From positions 10,923-74,922 of the forward strand of contig DGQA01000031.1 of assembly GCA_002390705.1 (NCBI GenBank): DNA of 64,000 nucleotides. The letters run 5' to 3'. This document shows, piece after piece, positions 55,864 to 64,000 of the stretch (the stretch's first letter is position 1; each line of letters starts with the position of its first letter). The DNA comes from Actinobacteria bacterium UBA4426. GTDB taxonomy: Bacteria; Actinomycetota; Actinomycetes; S36-B12. The position numbers were made by a program, and so were the translations under genes. The notes beneath the pieces are model-generated. The model ran no database searches. It was not told the DNA's origin and saw only the letters and a program-made list of their open reading frames with translations.

Positions 55864-56980
55864 CTATCGAGTCTGAAGAAATGTGAAACCTTGGTCCGAC
55901 GATTTCAATTGGCACATCAGACTCCACTGCTGCGGTAATAAATACTTGGGGGGCGTGTTGAGTCAACTCTAAAATTGTCGTGCGACGAAGTACATCAAGC
56001 TCAGCAAAAACGTCGTCGAGTATTAAAATAGGATCGATTCCATCAGCCTTCAAAACATCTGCGCTAGCAACCCGGAGGGCTAATGCCGCAGACCAACTTT
56101 CACCATGTGAGGCGTAACCCTTGAGTGGAAGTGCGCCTAATTGTATGAACAGTTCATCACGGTGTGGTCCTACCAGTGTTACCCCACGAAGTGCCTCTTC
56201 CTTTTTTCGTACACCTAACTGCTCAAGAATGTGTTCTTTGATTTCGTCGCGGGTGAGTGATTCCAGATCGCCTCCGGTGAGGTACTTCGATTGGTATGTA
56301 AGTGATATTTCTGATGCACTAACAGCGTTTTCACCTCCACTAATCAGGTTGTACCGCGTACAGATAAATGGTGTTAATTCACGAATAAATTGAATTCTCG
56401 AGTAGGTGATCTCTGCTCCAAGTTGCGCGAGTTGGTCATTCCACACCTGCAATGTGCTATCAATGTTTTCCCGATTTGACGACTTCAAGAGAGCATTACG
56501 TTGCCGTAAGACTTTTTCGTAATCTGACTTAACACCTAAAAATTTTGGTGTTCGTTGAATGAGAGTTTGGTCCATGAAATTTCGTCGTTCGCTGGGATCA
56601 CCTTTAACCAACGCTAAGTCTTCCGGTGCGAACATGATCACCCTGACTATTCCTAAAATATCTCTGACCCGGGGAACGGGAGAACGATTGAGTTTCGCCC
56701 TATTTGTTTTACCAGGACTGATCTCTATGTCAATCGTTAGTGCGCGCTCATCTTGATTGATCTTCGACCGAATTACAGCCGATGCGGCTCCAAATTTAAC
56801 GAGTGAATTTTCACTTGCTACTCGATGGGAATTTAGAGTTGCTAGGTAATAAATAGCTTCAACAATATTGGTTTTACCTCGACCATTTGAACCCACCAGC
56901 ACATTGACTCCGGGAGAGAATTCAACGTGGGCTTCCTTGTACGAGCGGAAATCGTTGAGCTGGAGGGTTTGCACCCACAT
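55835..56980 (-). CDS. recF: DNA replication and repair protein RecF
   Basis: Walker A GSNGRGKTNIVEAI, signature region GESWSAALALR and Walker B ILILDDVFAELD. Confidence 0.95.
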   Translation of the reverse strand: MWVQTLQLNDFRSYKEAHVEFSPGVNVLVGSNGRGKTNIVEAIYYLATLNSHRVASENSLVKFGAASAVIRSKINQDERALTIDIEISPGKTNRAKLNRSPVPRVRDILGIVRVIMFAPEDLALVKGDPSERRNFMDQTLIQRTPKFLGVKSDYEKVLRQRNALLKSSNRENIDSTLQVWNDQLAQLGAEITYSRIQFIRELTPFICTRYNLISGGENAVSASEISLTYQSKYLTGGDLESLTRDEIKEHILEQLGVRKKEEALRGVTLVGPHRDELFIQLGALPLKGYASHGESWSAALALRVASADVLKADGIDPILILDDVFAELDVLRRTTILELTQHAPQVFITAAVESDVPIEIVGPRFHISSDSIVAHGVVPFG

Positions 56981-56983
56981 GTG

Positions 56984-58108
56984 TCAGCCCGTCAAACGTA
57001 CTGGCATTAAAAGATAGCGGTAGTCCGCCTCAGTATCGTTGTTGTTATTAGTCATCCCGGTGATTACCACCGGTTTTGTTGCCAAAGTAAAGGAAAAGCG
57101 AGCTTTTGGAGCGTCGATAGCATGGAGACCATCGAGTAGATAGCCTGGGTTGAATGCTATTTCGATTGGATCCCCATCAACGTCAACTTCCAATACTTCA
57201 TTTGCTTGAGCATCATCACCAGAACCGGCACGCATATTAATTTCACCATGTGCAAAGTGCATCCGAATTGGTGTGTTGCGTTCTGCAACAAGTGCAACTC
57301 GTTTTACCGCATTTACAAGTTCGGTAGTATCAACAATCGCGGTTGTGGAACTTTCATTCGGTAATAGTGAACGATATTTGGGAAATTCGCCATCAAGTAG
57401 TCGGGTGGTTGTTCTCATACCTTCGGCTTCGAAACCAATAAGTTTTTCACCGTCTGGTGCGATCGCCAATTCGACCGCCTGAGCAGACCCCATGCTTTTT
57501 GCAGCATCAGCTAGAATTCTAGCCGGCACTAAGGTGTTGAGTTCAATTGAAGTTTTGGTCGGTGACCAAGGAAATGTTCGTACAGCTAACCGATAACGAT
57601 CTGTTGCTGCCAAAGTCACATGTGAACCATCAATTTCCACCCTAATACCTGTGAGAACCGGAATTGTGTCATCTTTTCCAGCAGCTATTGCAACCTGGGC
57701 GACGGCTTCAGAAAATACATCACCATCAACACTCCCTGCTGTTGTTGGCATGTCCGGTAAAGCTGGATAATCTTCCACGGGAAGTGTAGGAAGTGTGAAT
57801 GAACTTCTTCCACACTCAATTAATACTCGGTTACCCTCTAGCTTTAGCACAACCGGTGCCGCTGGTAGTGCTTTAGTGATATCGGCTAGCAGCCGACCTG
57901 ACACTAGAACCTTTCCAATTTCAATCACATCAACGTTCAACTGAACACGTGCTGATACTTCATAGTCAAAGCTCGACAAGGTGAGCGAGTCTTGATCCGC
58001 AATCAACATGACACCGGAAAGCACTGGCATCGATGGGCGCGAGGGCAAGGTTCGCGCAGCCCACGTAACTGCTTGCGCTAGGGCGTCGCGTTCAACTCGG
58101 ATGTGCAT
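56984..58108 (-). CDS. dnaN: DNA polymerase III beta sliding clamp
   Basis: 374 aa beginning MHIRVERDALAQAVTWAARTLPSRPSMPVLSGVMLIA. Three-domain clamp length. It lies in the dnaA-dnaN-recF context. Confidence 0.95.
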   Translation of the reverse strand: MHIRVERDALAQAVTWAARTLPSRPSMPVLSGVMLIADQDSLTLSSFDYEVSARVQLNVDVIEIGKVLVSGRLLADITKALPAAPVVLKLEGNRVLIECGRSSFTLPTLPVEDYPALPDMPTTAGSVDGDVFSEAVAQVAIAAGKDDTIPVLTGIRVEIDGSHVTLAATDRYRLAVRTFPWSPTKTSIELNTLVPARILADAAKSMGSAQAVELAIAPDGEKLIGFEAEGMRTTTRLLDGEFPKYRSLLPNESSTTAIVDTTELVNAVKRVALVAERNTPIRMHFAHGEINMRAGSGDDAQANEVLEVDVDGDPIEIAFNPGYLLDGLHAIDAPKARFSFTLATKPVVITGMTNNNNDTEADYRYLLMPVRLTG

Positions 58109-58635
58109 GTGTTCGTGCCCCTGTCTAGAAAGATAAATTGAGTAAGTCCATAGTGTGCCCTATCCCTCCATTTTTTGTAAGAGCAACCGTACTGAGGGGA
58201 ATCAAAGTAAAGTTATCCCCACCGCGCCCTTTTATGAGTAGTCCCTTAATAACAATGTATAAAGAAGTAGTAGTAGTCATAGGTCGTGTGGATATGGTGG
58301 ATAAAGTATTTTTATGGTTGGATCTGTGCGTGTCGCCGGTGGTAGTAATTGTGGATAGGTAAGTCAAAATTGTGGATAGGTGTGGATGAAGTAGGGAAAT
58401 AATCGGTGTATCCCCACAAAGAGGAAGATTTATCCACAGGATAGGTAGTTTTTCAAGGATTCTATGTAAGTCGTCCACAGGGTATCAACACAGGCGAGAA
58501 ATAACGCAGTGGCGGTGCTTTGTGGTACTTATCAACATATTTATCCACATGTCTTATCCACAACTGTGGGTATTGTGGGGATGAAAGGTACCGGTGTGAA
58601 TATTGGTAAGTACTGTGGCTTGATGCCACAGGGAG
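58109..58635. other. oriC core candidate: a DnaA-box array plus an AT-rich stretch in the dnaA-dnaN intergenic region
   Basis: Perfect TTATCCACA boxes lie at 58430-58438, 58541-58549 and 58554-58562. Boxes matching 8 of 9 positions in the opposite orientation are TGTGGATAT (58287), GGTGGATAA (58296), TGTGGATAG (58350 and 58371) and TGTGGATGA (58381). Variants are TTATCCCCA (58213), GTATCCCCA (58408) and TCGTCCACA (58471). An AT-rich stretch runs around 58125-58285. Confidence 0.75.
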
Positions 58636-60081
58636 TTACATTGGTCGTGGTTGAGACTTAATTCGACTGGTGAGGTCAGTGACTTGGTTATAGAGGCTGC
58701 GTTTTTCCGCCATAAGTCCACGGATCTTACGATCAGCGTGCATTACAGTTGTGTGATCTCGGCCGCCAAAAGCTTGCCCAATCTTAGGCAGGGATAAATC
58801 GGTGAGTTCACGGCATAAATACATGGAGATCTGGCGGGCTGTGACAAGAGTACGACTTCGGCTGGAGCCACAGAGTTCTTCGATGCTCACACCAAAATAG
58901 GAAGCGCATGCGCCCATAATTTGGGCGGCTGTTATTTCCGGACCAACATCAGAGGGTAAGAGGTCTTTGAGCACCGCCTCGGTAATTGCAAGGTCAACCG
59001 GTTGCTGATTCAAGGACGCAAAAGCAGTGACCCGGATTAAAGCACCTTCAAGTTCACGAATATTGGTGGAGATCTTCGAAGCTATGTACTCGAGTACCTC
59101 TGCAGGAGCTACGAGTCTTTCTTGCGTGCTCTTTTTCCGAAGAATAGCAATACGCGTTTCAAGGTCGGGTGGTTGAACGTCAGTGATCAAACCCCATTCG
59201 AATCGAGAACGCATTCGGTCTTCAAAGTCAGGGAGTTGTTTTGGTGGCAGGTCACTTGTGATCACAATTTGCTTATTTGCGTTGTGTAATGTGTTAAAAG
59301 TGTGGAAAAACTCTTCCTGTGTCTGGACTTTTCCACTCAAAAACTGAATGTCGTCGACTAGGAGAACATCAATGTCGCGGTAACGGCGTTGGAAACTTGC
59401 TGCCTTGTCATCGCGAATACTGTTAATAAATTCATTGGTAAATTCTTCGGAACTAATGTAACGAACATGGGTACCCTTAAATAGGGTCTTGGTGTAATGC
59501 CCAATAGCGTGCAATAAGTGGGTCTTTCCTAATCCTGAACCACCGTAGATAAATAAAGGGTTGTATGCCTTAGCGGGCTGTTCGGCCACGGCAACTGCAG
59601 CAGCATGTGCGAAGCGATTACTCGTGCCAGCAACGAAAGTATCGAAGGTGTACTTGATATTGAGGCGACCAAACTCTTCTTTGTTACTCGGGGATCCCAT
59701 ACCGGGTCGGTCGATACCAGCTTCACGGATACCGCCGCTTCCGAGGTCACTAGTAAGTTCATTATTTGCATAAGTAGAGTCGGCGACCTCGTCGGTCAAG
59801 TCCTCATCAAGGGACGGGGCGATCGAGGGGTCAACGGTGACGGCAAGACGGATCTCGCGGCCCACGATGTCACTGAGCGCACTACTCACCAAAGGGCGAA
59901 GCCTGGTCTCAAGTACATCCTTTGTGAATTCATTCGGGGCGGCGATCAAGACGGTGTCTTCAACTAAGCCCAACGGGCGCGTGAGTGAGACAAAAGCTTT
60001 CTGTTGAGGGCTTAAAGTTCCATCGGAGAGGGTGTTCAAAGCAGCATTCCACATGGCGGTGAGTTCGCTATCCCCAGCCAT
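58636..60081 (-). CDS. dnaA: Chromosomal replication initiator protein DnaA
   Basis: AAA+ Walker [16 protein letters not shown], Walker [10 protein letters not shown], and the C-terminal DNA-binding helix [11 protein letters not shown]. Confidence 0.97.
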   Translation of the reverse strand: MAGDSELTAMWNAALNTLSDGTLSPQQKAFVSLTRPLGLVEDTVLIAAPNEFTKDVLETRLRPLVSSALSDIVGREIRLAVTVDPSIAPSLDEDLTDEVADSTYANNELTSDLGSGGIREAGIDRPGMGSPSNKEEFGRLNIKYTFDTFVAGTSNRFAHAAAVAVAEQPAKAYNPLFIYGGSGLGKTHLLHAIGHYTKTLFKGTHVRYISSEEFTNEFINSIRDDKAASFQRRYRDIDVLLVDDIQFLSGKVQTQEEFFHTFNTLHNANKQIVITSDLPPKQLPDFEDRMRSRFEWGLITDVQPPDLETRIAILRKKSTQERLVAPAEVLEYIASKISTNIRELEGALIRVTAFASLNQQPVDLAITEAVLKDLLPSDVGPEITAAQIMGACASYFGVSIEELCGSSRSRTLVTARQISMYLCRELTDLSLPKIGQAFGGRDHTTVMHADRKIRGLMAEKRSLYNQVTDLTSRIKSQPRPM

Positions 60082-60100
60082 TAACCCTTAACACCTCCAA

Positions 60101-60143
60101 TTATCCTGAATTTATCCACACGTTTTTCCACAGATGTGGATGA
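60101..60143. promoter_or_regulatory. DnaA boxes upstream of dnaA (second oriC part and/or dnaA autoregulation)
   Basis: TTATCCTGA (60101), a perfect TTATCCACA (60112-60120), TTTTCCACA (60124-60132) and TGTGGATGA (60135-60143), all within 65 nt of the dnaA start. Confidence 0.65.
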
Positions 60144-60358
60144 GTGGAACGATACTATAAGTAGTGAAGGGGTTATGGCAAGGGAAATCCCCTTATTGCC
60201 ACAATATGTTGGTGTGAGTGCGGGGAAGTGCTTGATCACGGACACACGGATGAAGGTCGGCTGATGAGGGCTGGAGTTGACCGCGTAAAGGTCATAGCGT
60301 AACCTTGGCCTGCTTATCACTGAGCGAGAACAGGTGAAGCAAGACCTCAAGGAGACCC

Positions 60359-60493
60359 ATGAAGCGCACATTCCAGCCCAATACCCGCCGGCGGGCAAAG
60401 ACCCACGGCTTTCGGGCCCGTATGAGCACCCGTGCTGGTCGCAGTATTTTGGCCACTCGACGCGCCAAGGGCCGTACTCGACTTTCTGCTTAG
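60359..60493 (+). CDS. rpmH: 50S ribosomal protein L34
   Basis: Below the ORF-track cut-off. Hand translation gives [44 protein letters not shown], preceded by RBS AAGGAG. Confidence 0.92.
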   Translation: MKRTFQPNTRRRAKTHGFRARMSTRAGRSILATRRAKGRTRLSA

Positions 60494-60536
60494 TTCACTC
60501 GCTCTGATGGTTGGGGCGCTGAGATAAAGGTTGTTC

Positions 60537-60872
60537 ATGTTGGCAGCCCAGCACCGAATGCGAAGTTCTGCTGACTTTCAAAAGGTGCGCCGGAATGGCA
60601 AAAAAATAGTGACAGCCGGCTTGATTGTGCATGTGTACGAGGGTATGTATCTAGGCCACGCGACTCAAGTAGGCCTGACAGTTGGCAAGGATTGCGGTAA
60701 CTCGGTGCAGCGGCACCGTACAAGTCGTCGGATCCGAGCTGCATTCAACCCAATCGTATCTCAGTTGCCTCCGGGCACCGGTGTGGTTGTCAAAGCCCTC
60801 CCCGATATTCACGCGGTGCGCCTGGATTCACATCTGATCGCAGAGTCGTTACTGAGCAAGATAAAATTATGA
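60537..60872 (+). CDS. rnpA: Ribonuclease P protein component
   Basis: MLAAQHRMRSSADFQKVRRNGKK... is the RnpA N-terminal pattern (RLRRSxDF-like). It follows rpmH. TTG at 60531 is an alternative start. Confidence 0.85.
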   Translation: MLAAQHRMRSSADFQKVRRNGKKIVTAGLIVHVYEGMYLGHATQVGLTVGKDCGNSVQRHRTSRRIRAAFNPIVSQLPPGTGVVVKALPDIHAVRLDSHLIAESLLSKIKL

Positions 60873-61222
60873 CCCATCTAAATCGGTGGGTGAATGCCAT
60901 TGTGTGGGTGTGGGACCACAGTGTCGGTTGGGCGGTGCGCCTGGTCTTTCTGGCGCTGATTAAGGGCTACCAGATTACTATCTCACCACTGTTGCCACCG
61001 AGTTGCCGCTTCCATCCAAGTTGCTCGGCGTACGCATACGGGAGTATCCGTGATCACGGATCTGCCAAGGGCTTAACCTTGGCCACGGTTCGTCTAATAC
61101 GGTGCAACCCTTGGAACAATGGTGGCTTTAATCCAGTGCCCGAAAAAGGGCGCTGGTTGTCGGATGTTTATCCGGATGGTCAACCACGAATAAGTGCGAA
61201 CGGAGAACATGTTCATTCTTGA
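60869..61222 (+). CDS. yidD: Membrane protein insertion efficiency factor YidD
   Basis: LIKGYQITISPLLPPSCRFHPSCSAYAYGSIRDHGSAKGLTLATVRLIRCNPW is the YidD signature. ATGA overlap with rnpA. Confidence 0.85.
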   Translation: MTHLNRWVNAIVWVWDHSVGWAVRLVFLALIKGYQITISPLLPPSCRFHPSCSAYAYGSIRDHGSAKGLTLATVRLIRCNPWNNGGFNPVPEKGRWLSDVYPDGQPRISANGEHVHS

Positions 61223-62153
61223 TTGGCTACGTACCGGGGTTAGCTGGGTCTTAGTCCAGTTTTACGATGTACTGAGCAATTTTATAGATCCAACGAGTGG
61301 TTGGACGTGGGCATTGTCCATTGTCGGTCTAGTAATTGTGATTCGAATAGCGCTCATTCCTCTGTTTGTGAAGCAGATAAAAGCGCAGCGGAATCTTCAA
61401 ATTATTCAACCTCAAATGAAAGAGATTCAGAAGAAATACGCTGGGGATAAAGAGCGTCAATCCCAAGAAATGATGAAGCTGTACAAGGAAACTGGTACTA
61501 ATCCGCTGGCATCATGTTTACCGATTCTTTTACAAGCGCCCATATTTTTTGCGCTCTTCAGTGTCCTGCAAGGCATCGCAATGTTGCGGCCGGAGGGAGT
61601 TTTCAACTGGGATCGATACGCACCCTTGTTACAAGTTGCGCACGATGCGTCAATTTTTGGTGTACCTCTTTATGGAACTTTTCTCGGTGCCGATGAAGTC
61701 GCTCTTGATGGATTCAACCCGACATCAACACGGGTCCTAGCATTTATCTTGATCATTTTGATGAGCTCGACCACGTTTTTAACCCAACGTCAGTTGATTG
61801 TGAAAAATACAGCTCCAGGGAATCCAATGGTGCGCCAACAAAAAATCTTGTTGTACGTGTTTCCGATTGTGTTCGCGGTCGGTGGCGTCAACTTCCCGAT
61901 CGGTGTATTGATTTACTGGTTCACCACAAACGTGTGGACCATGGGACAACAGTTCTGGGTTATTCGCAATAATCCTCAACCGGGGACACCAGCGTTTGAG
62001 GCCCAAGAAGCACGCAAGGCTGCAAAAATAGCTCGTAAAGGTGGAATAGTGATCGAGACCGAAGTTACCGACATAGTGTCGGTAACCCCGGAACGGGTCC
62101 AACCTAAACGCACCTCAAAGAGCAAAAGAAGCCCGAACAAAAAGAAGAAATAA
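61209..62153 (+). CDS. yidC: Membrane protein insertase YidC
   Basis: ...IRIALIPLFVKQIKAQRNLQIIQPQMKEIQKKY...MKLYKETGTNPLASCLPILLQAPIFFALF is the YidC/Oxa1 core, followed by a Lys-rich C-terminal tail. GTG at 61194 is an alternative start. Confidence 0.9.
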   Translation: MFILDWLRTGVSWVLVQFYDVLSNFIDPTSGWTWALSIVGLVIVIRIALIPLFVKQIKAQRNLQIIQPQMKEIQKKYAGDKERQSQEMMKLYKETGTNPLASCLPILLQAPIFFALFSVLQGIAMLRPEGVFNWDRYAPLLQVAHDASIFGVPLYGTFLGADEVALDGFNPTSTRVLAFILIILMSSTTFLTQRQLIVKNTAPGNPMVRQQKILLYVFPIVFAVGGVNFPIGVLIYWFTTNVWTMGQQFWVIRNNPQPGTPAFEAQEARKAAKIARKGGIVIETEVTDIVSVTPERVQPKRTSKSKRSPNKKKK

Positions 62154-62215
62154 CCTGTGAGCCGAATCATCGGCTGTGCGACTAACTTAATTAACTGAGA
62201 AAGCGAGTACGTGTT

Positions 62216-62704
62216 ATGAGTGAAGTAACCGCAACTAATGCAAAGCAACTTGATCAAGAAGGCGATGTAGCGGCCGACTACCTGGAAGGCTTGTTAGATA
62301 TTTGTGACCTCGATGGTGATATTGACATTGAGGTGGACAGTAGTCGGGCCAGAGTGTCCATTGTTGAGGGCGAAAAAGGTGATCTTTCCTACCTTGTGGG
62401 GGCGGACGGCGAAGTCCTACAGTCACTACAGGAACTCGCCCGACTTGCCGCCGCGCGAGAAACAGGTGAGCGTTCACGGCTAATGCTCGATATCGCTGGT
62501 TACCGAGTCAAGCAAAAAGAGGTGCTTGAGGAGTCAGCCAAGACCGCATGTGCCCAAGCTCAACGAACCTCAGCGCCAGTGCACATGGCTCCAATGAATC
62601 CGTATGAGCGTAAAGTTGTCCATGACATCGTGGCCACCATCGGACTATCGAGTGAGTCCGAAGGCGATGAGCCCAATCGCCGCGTGGTCATCCGAGTTTC
62701 TTAA
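62216..62704 (+). CDS. jag: Jag/R3H-domain RNA-binding protein
   Basis: KH-like and R3H regions (...MNPYERKVVHDIVATIGLSSESEGDEPNRRVVI). It occupies the conserved position after yidC. Confidence 0.8.
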   Translation: MSEVTATNAKQLDQEGDVAADYLEGLLDICDLDGDIDIEVDSSRARVSIVEGEKGDLSYLVGADGEVLQSLQELARLAAARETGERSRLMLDIAGYRVKQKEVLEESAKTACAQAQRTSAPVHMAPMNPYERKVVHDIVATIGLSSESEGDEPNRRVVIRVS

Positions 62705-62707
62705 CGC

Positions 62708-63367
62708 ATGGTTTCCCGTGAAACAACCGGGGAGAACGCACCTTGGTTGAGTCCGGCGCTCGAGCAATTGGAGCGTTTCCAAGAAATTTTGGCAGGGCCT
62801 GCTCTCGAGCGTGGCCTGATGGGTCCACGAGAGATGCCTCGACTATGGGATCGACATATCCTTAACTGCGCGGTGGTCGCCAACCCCGAGCTTCTCTTAC
62901 TCCCAAACCATTCTCTAGTAGCAGATGTGGGATCAGGCGCCGGGCTCCCCGGCCTGGTGTGGGCAATTGTCCGGCCCGATATTTCGATGGTCCTCATCGA
63001 ACCACTTTTACGCCGAGCTACCTTTCTCACCGAGGCAGTGATTGAGCTAGGGCTCAGTGATCGGGTGACAGTACTTCGAGCGAGGGCGGAGAAAGTTGTA
63101 GCGACGCCCGGCTGGACAGGGGTCGATATCGTTACGGCCCGGGCGGTAGCTCCCATGGAACGCCTACTTGGATGGACCATGCCGCTATTGAAACCAGTGG
63201 GGGACCTGATTGCGTTGAAGGGGTTAACTGCCCAGAAGGAAGTCGCGCAGGTTCCAGTGCACACGTTAACTCAGTTTGGGATCACCGAGATCGAGGTGTT
63301 GACCTGCGGCGCGGGGGTGGTGGAACCTAAGACTACGGTGGTTCGGGCCCGGCGTAGAATCAATTAG
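62708..63367 (+). CDS. rsmG: 16S rRNA (guanine527-N7)-methyltransferase RsmG (GidB)
   Basis: The SAM motif DVGSGAGLPGL and an N-terminal MVSRET typical of actinobacterial RsmG. Confidence 0.9.
   Translation: MVSRETTGENAPWLSPALEQLERFQEILAGPALERGLMGPREMPRLWDRHILNCAVVANPELLLLPNHSLVADVGSGAGLPGLVWAIVRPDISMVLIEPLLRRATFLTEAVIELGLSDRVTVLRARAEKVVATPGWTGVDIVTARAVAPMERLLGWTMPLLKPVGDLIALKGLTAQKEVAQVPVHTLTQFGITEIEVLTCGAGVVEPKTTVVRARRRIN
62710..62725. other. parS-like site embedded in the rsmG start
   Basis: GGTTTCCCGTGAAACA matches the parS consensus TGTTTCACGTGAAACA at 14 of 16 positions. Confidence 0.45.
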
Positions 63368-63445
63368 CCAAATAGGCCACAATAGACCGGTGCCACAACA
63401 ATCAAAATCCGGAGACGAACCCACCGGCCTTGGTTGGCCAACCAA

Positions 63446-63461
63446 TGTTTCACGGGAAACA
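63446..63461. other. parS centromere-like site upstream of parA
   Basis: TGTTTCACGGGAAACA matches the consensus TGTTTCACGTGAAACA at 15 of 16 positions. It lies in the rsmG-parA intergenic region. Confidence 0.7.
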
Positions 63462-63514
63462 TTGACCACTGAAGACGATCAAATCGGAACAAAAGTTGGT
63501 TTAGGGTGGCCCAC

Positions 63515-64000
63515 ATGACCCGGATCATTACCATTGCAAATCAAAAGGGTGGAGTAGGAAAAACCACAACAACGGTCAATATCGCAGCAGCGATGGCCCA
63601 AATGGGCAAAACGGTCCTGGTAATTGACATGGACCCACAAGGGAACGCGACGACTGCACTTGGGATCGAGCACTCCGAAGGCACACCCGGTATCTACAAC
63701 GTCCTGATGGGAGAAATTACTCTCGCTGATGTGATCACCCTCTGCCCAGACGTACCCCAACTATTTGGAATTCCAGCAACAATAGATCTCGCTGGTGCTG
63801 AAGTTGAGCTTGTGTCCACCCCGAATCGCGAACACCGATTACGCGAGGAAATCGAGAAGTTATTACGCACGGCGCATTTTGACTACATTTTCTTGGACTG
63901 CCCGCCCAGTCTAGGGCTACTCACCCTCAATGGTTTGGTGGCAGCTCGCGAGGTTTTACTCCCCATCCAGTGTGAGTATTACGCATTAGAAGGACTCTCC
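63515..64000 (+). CDS. parA: Chromosome partitioning ATPase ParA (Soj), 5' part; the gene runs off the window end
   Basis: Hand translation gives MTRIITIANQKGGVGKTTTTVNIAAAMAQMGKTVLVIDMDPQGNATT..., with the deviant Walker A KGGVGKT. An in-frame TGA at 63470 limits upstream extension. GTG at 63506 is an alternative start. Confidence 0.9.
   Translation, partial: MTRIITIANQKGGVGKTTTTVNIAAAMAQMGKTVLVIDMDPQGNATTALGIEHSEGTPGIYNVLMGEITLADVITLCPDVPQLFGIPATIDLAGAEVELVSTPNREHRLREEIEKLLRTAHFDYIFLDCPPSLGLLTLNGLVAAREVLLPIQCEYYALEGLS

Noticed and set aside
58125-58478. ORFs in the dnaA-dnaN spacer (58125-58478 -, 58138-58362 +) and upstream of dnaA (60081-60398 -, 60347-60538 -).
   Set aside because: They fall in the DnaA-box and AT-rich origin region or are antisense to rpmH. 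They have no RBS or family resemblance.
58287-58562. The repeated 9-mers with regular spacing, considered as a possible CRISPR-like array.
   Set aside because: The repeat units are 9-bp DnaA boxes in two orientations with irregular short spacers. No cas genes are present, and the location between dnaA and dnaN identifies the region as oriC.
63441-63464. The micro-ORF ATG TTT CAC GGG AAA CAT TGA (MFHGKH*) upstream of parA.
   Set aside because: It is simply the parS palindrome read as codons, and it has no RBS.

Overview
This window covers the chromosomal replication-origin neighbourhood of a streamlined actinobacterium with roughly 45-50% G+C. Signature genes are ino1, cwlM, sigM with its anti-sigma factor, murJ with a pseudokinase, DUF3566, DUF5318 and dciA/DUF721. 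Order from left to right: a liv-type branched-chain amino-acid ABC transporter operon (-); a hotdog thioesterase; a strongly GC-rich block of about 7.7 kb (4975-12701); sbcCD; dnaB; a variable stretch with LMW-PTP, a membrane protein, a GNAT fusion and DUF805; rplI-rpsR-ssb-rpsF; xthA with a FemAB-family gene and an Alr-like gene; a GT-C membrane protein and ponA; DUF5318 divergent from padR-ino1-MFS; cca; an Rv3909-like gene, murJ and a pseudokinase; sigM and its anti-sigma factor; trxB-trxA-cwlM; a thioesterase and a thiolase; a rhomboid protease; ppiA; tRNA-Ala and tRNA-Ile; rmlA; DUF3566-gyrA-gyrB-dciA-recF-dnaN-dnaA (all -); then rpmH-rnpA-yidD-yidC-jag-rsmG-parA (+). The GC-rich block carries an acyl-CoA ligase, CoA-transferase, MaoC hydratase, ALDH, SDR and quinone oxidoreductase cluster. 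It is bracketed by direct repeats, about 88% identical, of the native thioesterase-5'/sbcC-3' junction. That architecture fits single-crossover (Campbell-type) integration of foreign DNA or, alternatively, a chimeric assembly; this is the most unusual thing in the window. DnaA-box clusters lie on both sides of dnaA (a bipartite oriC). A smaller DnaA-box-like cluster lies upstream of dnaB/ptp, and parS sites lie at the rsmG start and upstream of parA. I saw no CRISPR array, rRNA, transposase or integrase. Start codons were adjusted by hand where the ORF track over-extends; the track prints M for GTG and TTG starts.
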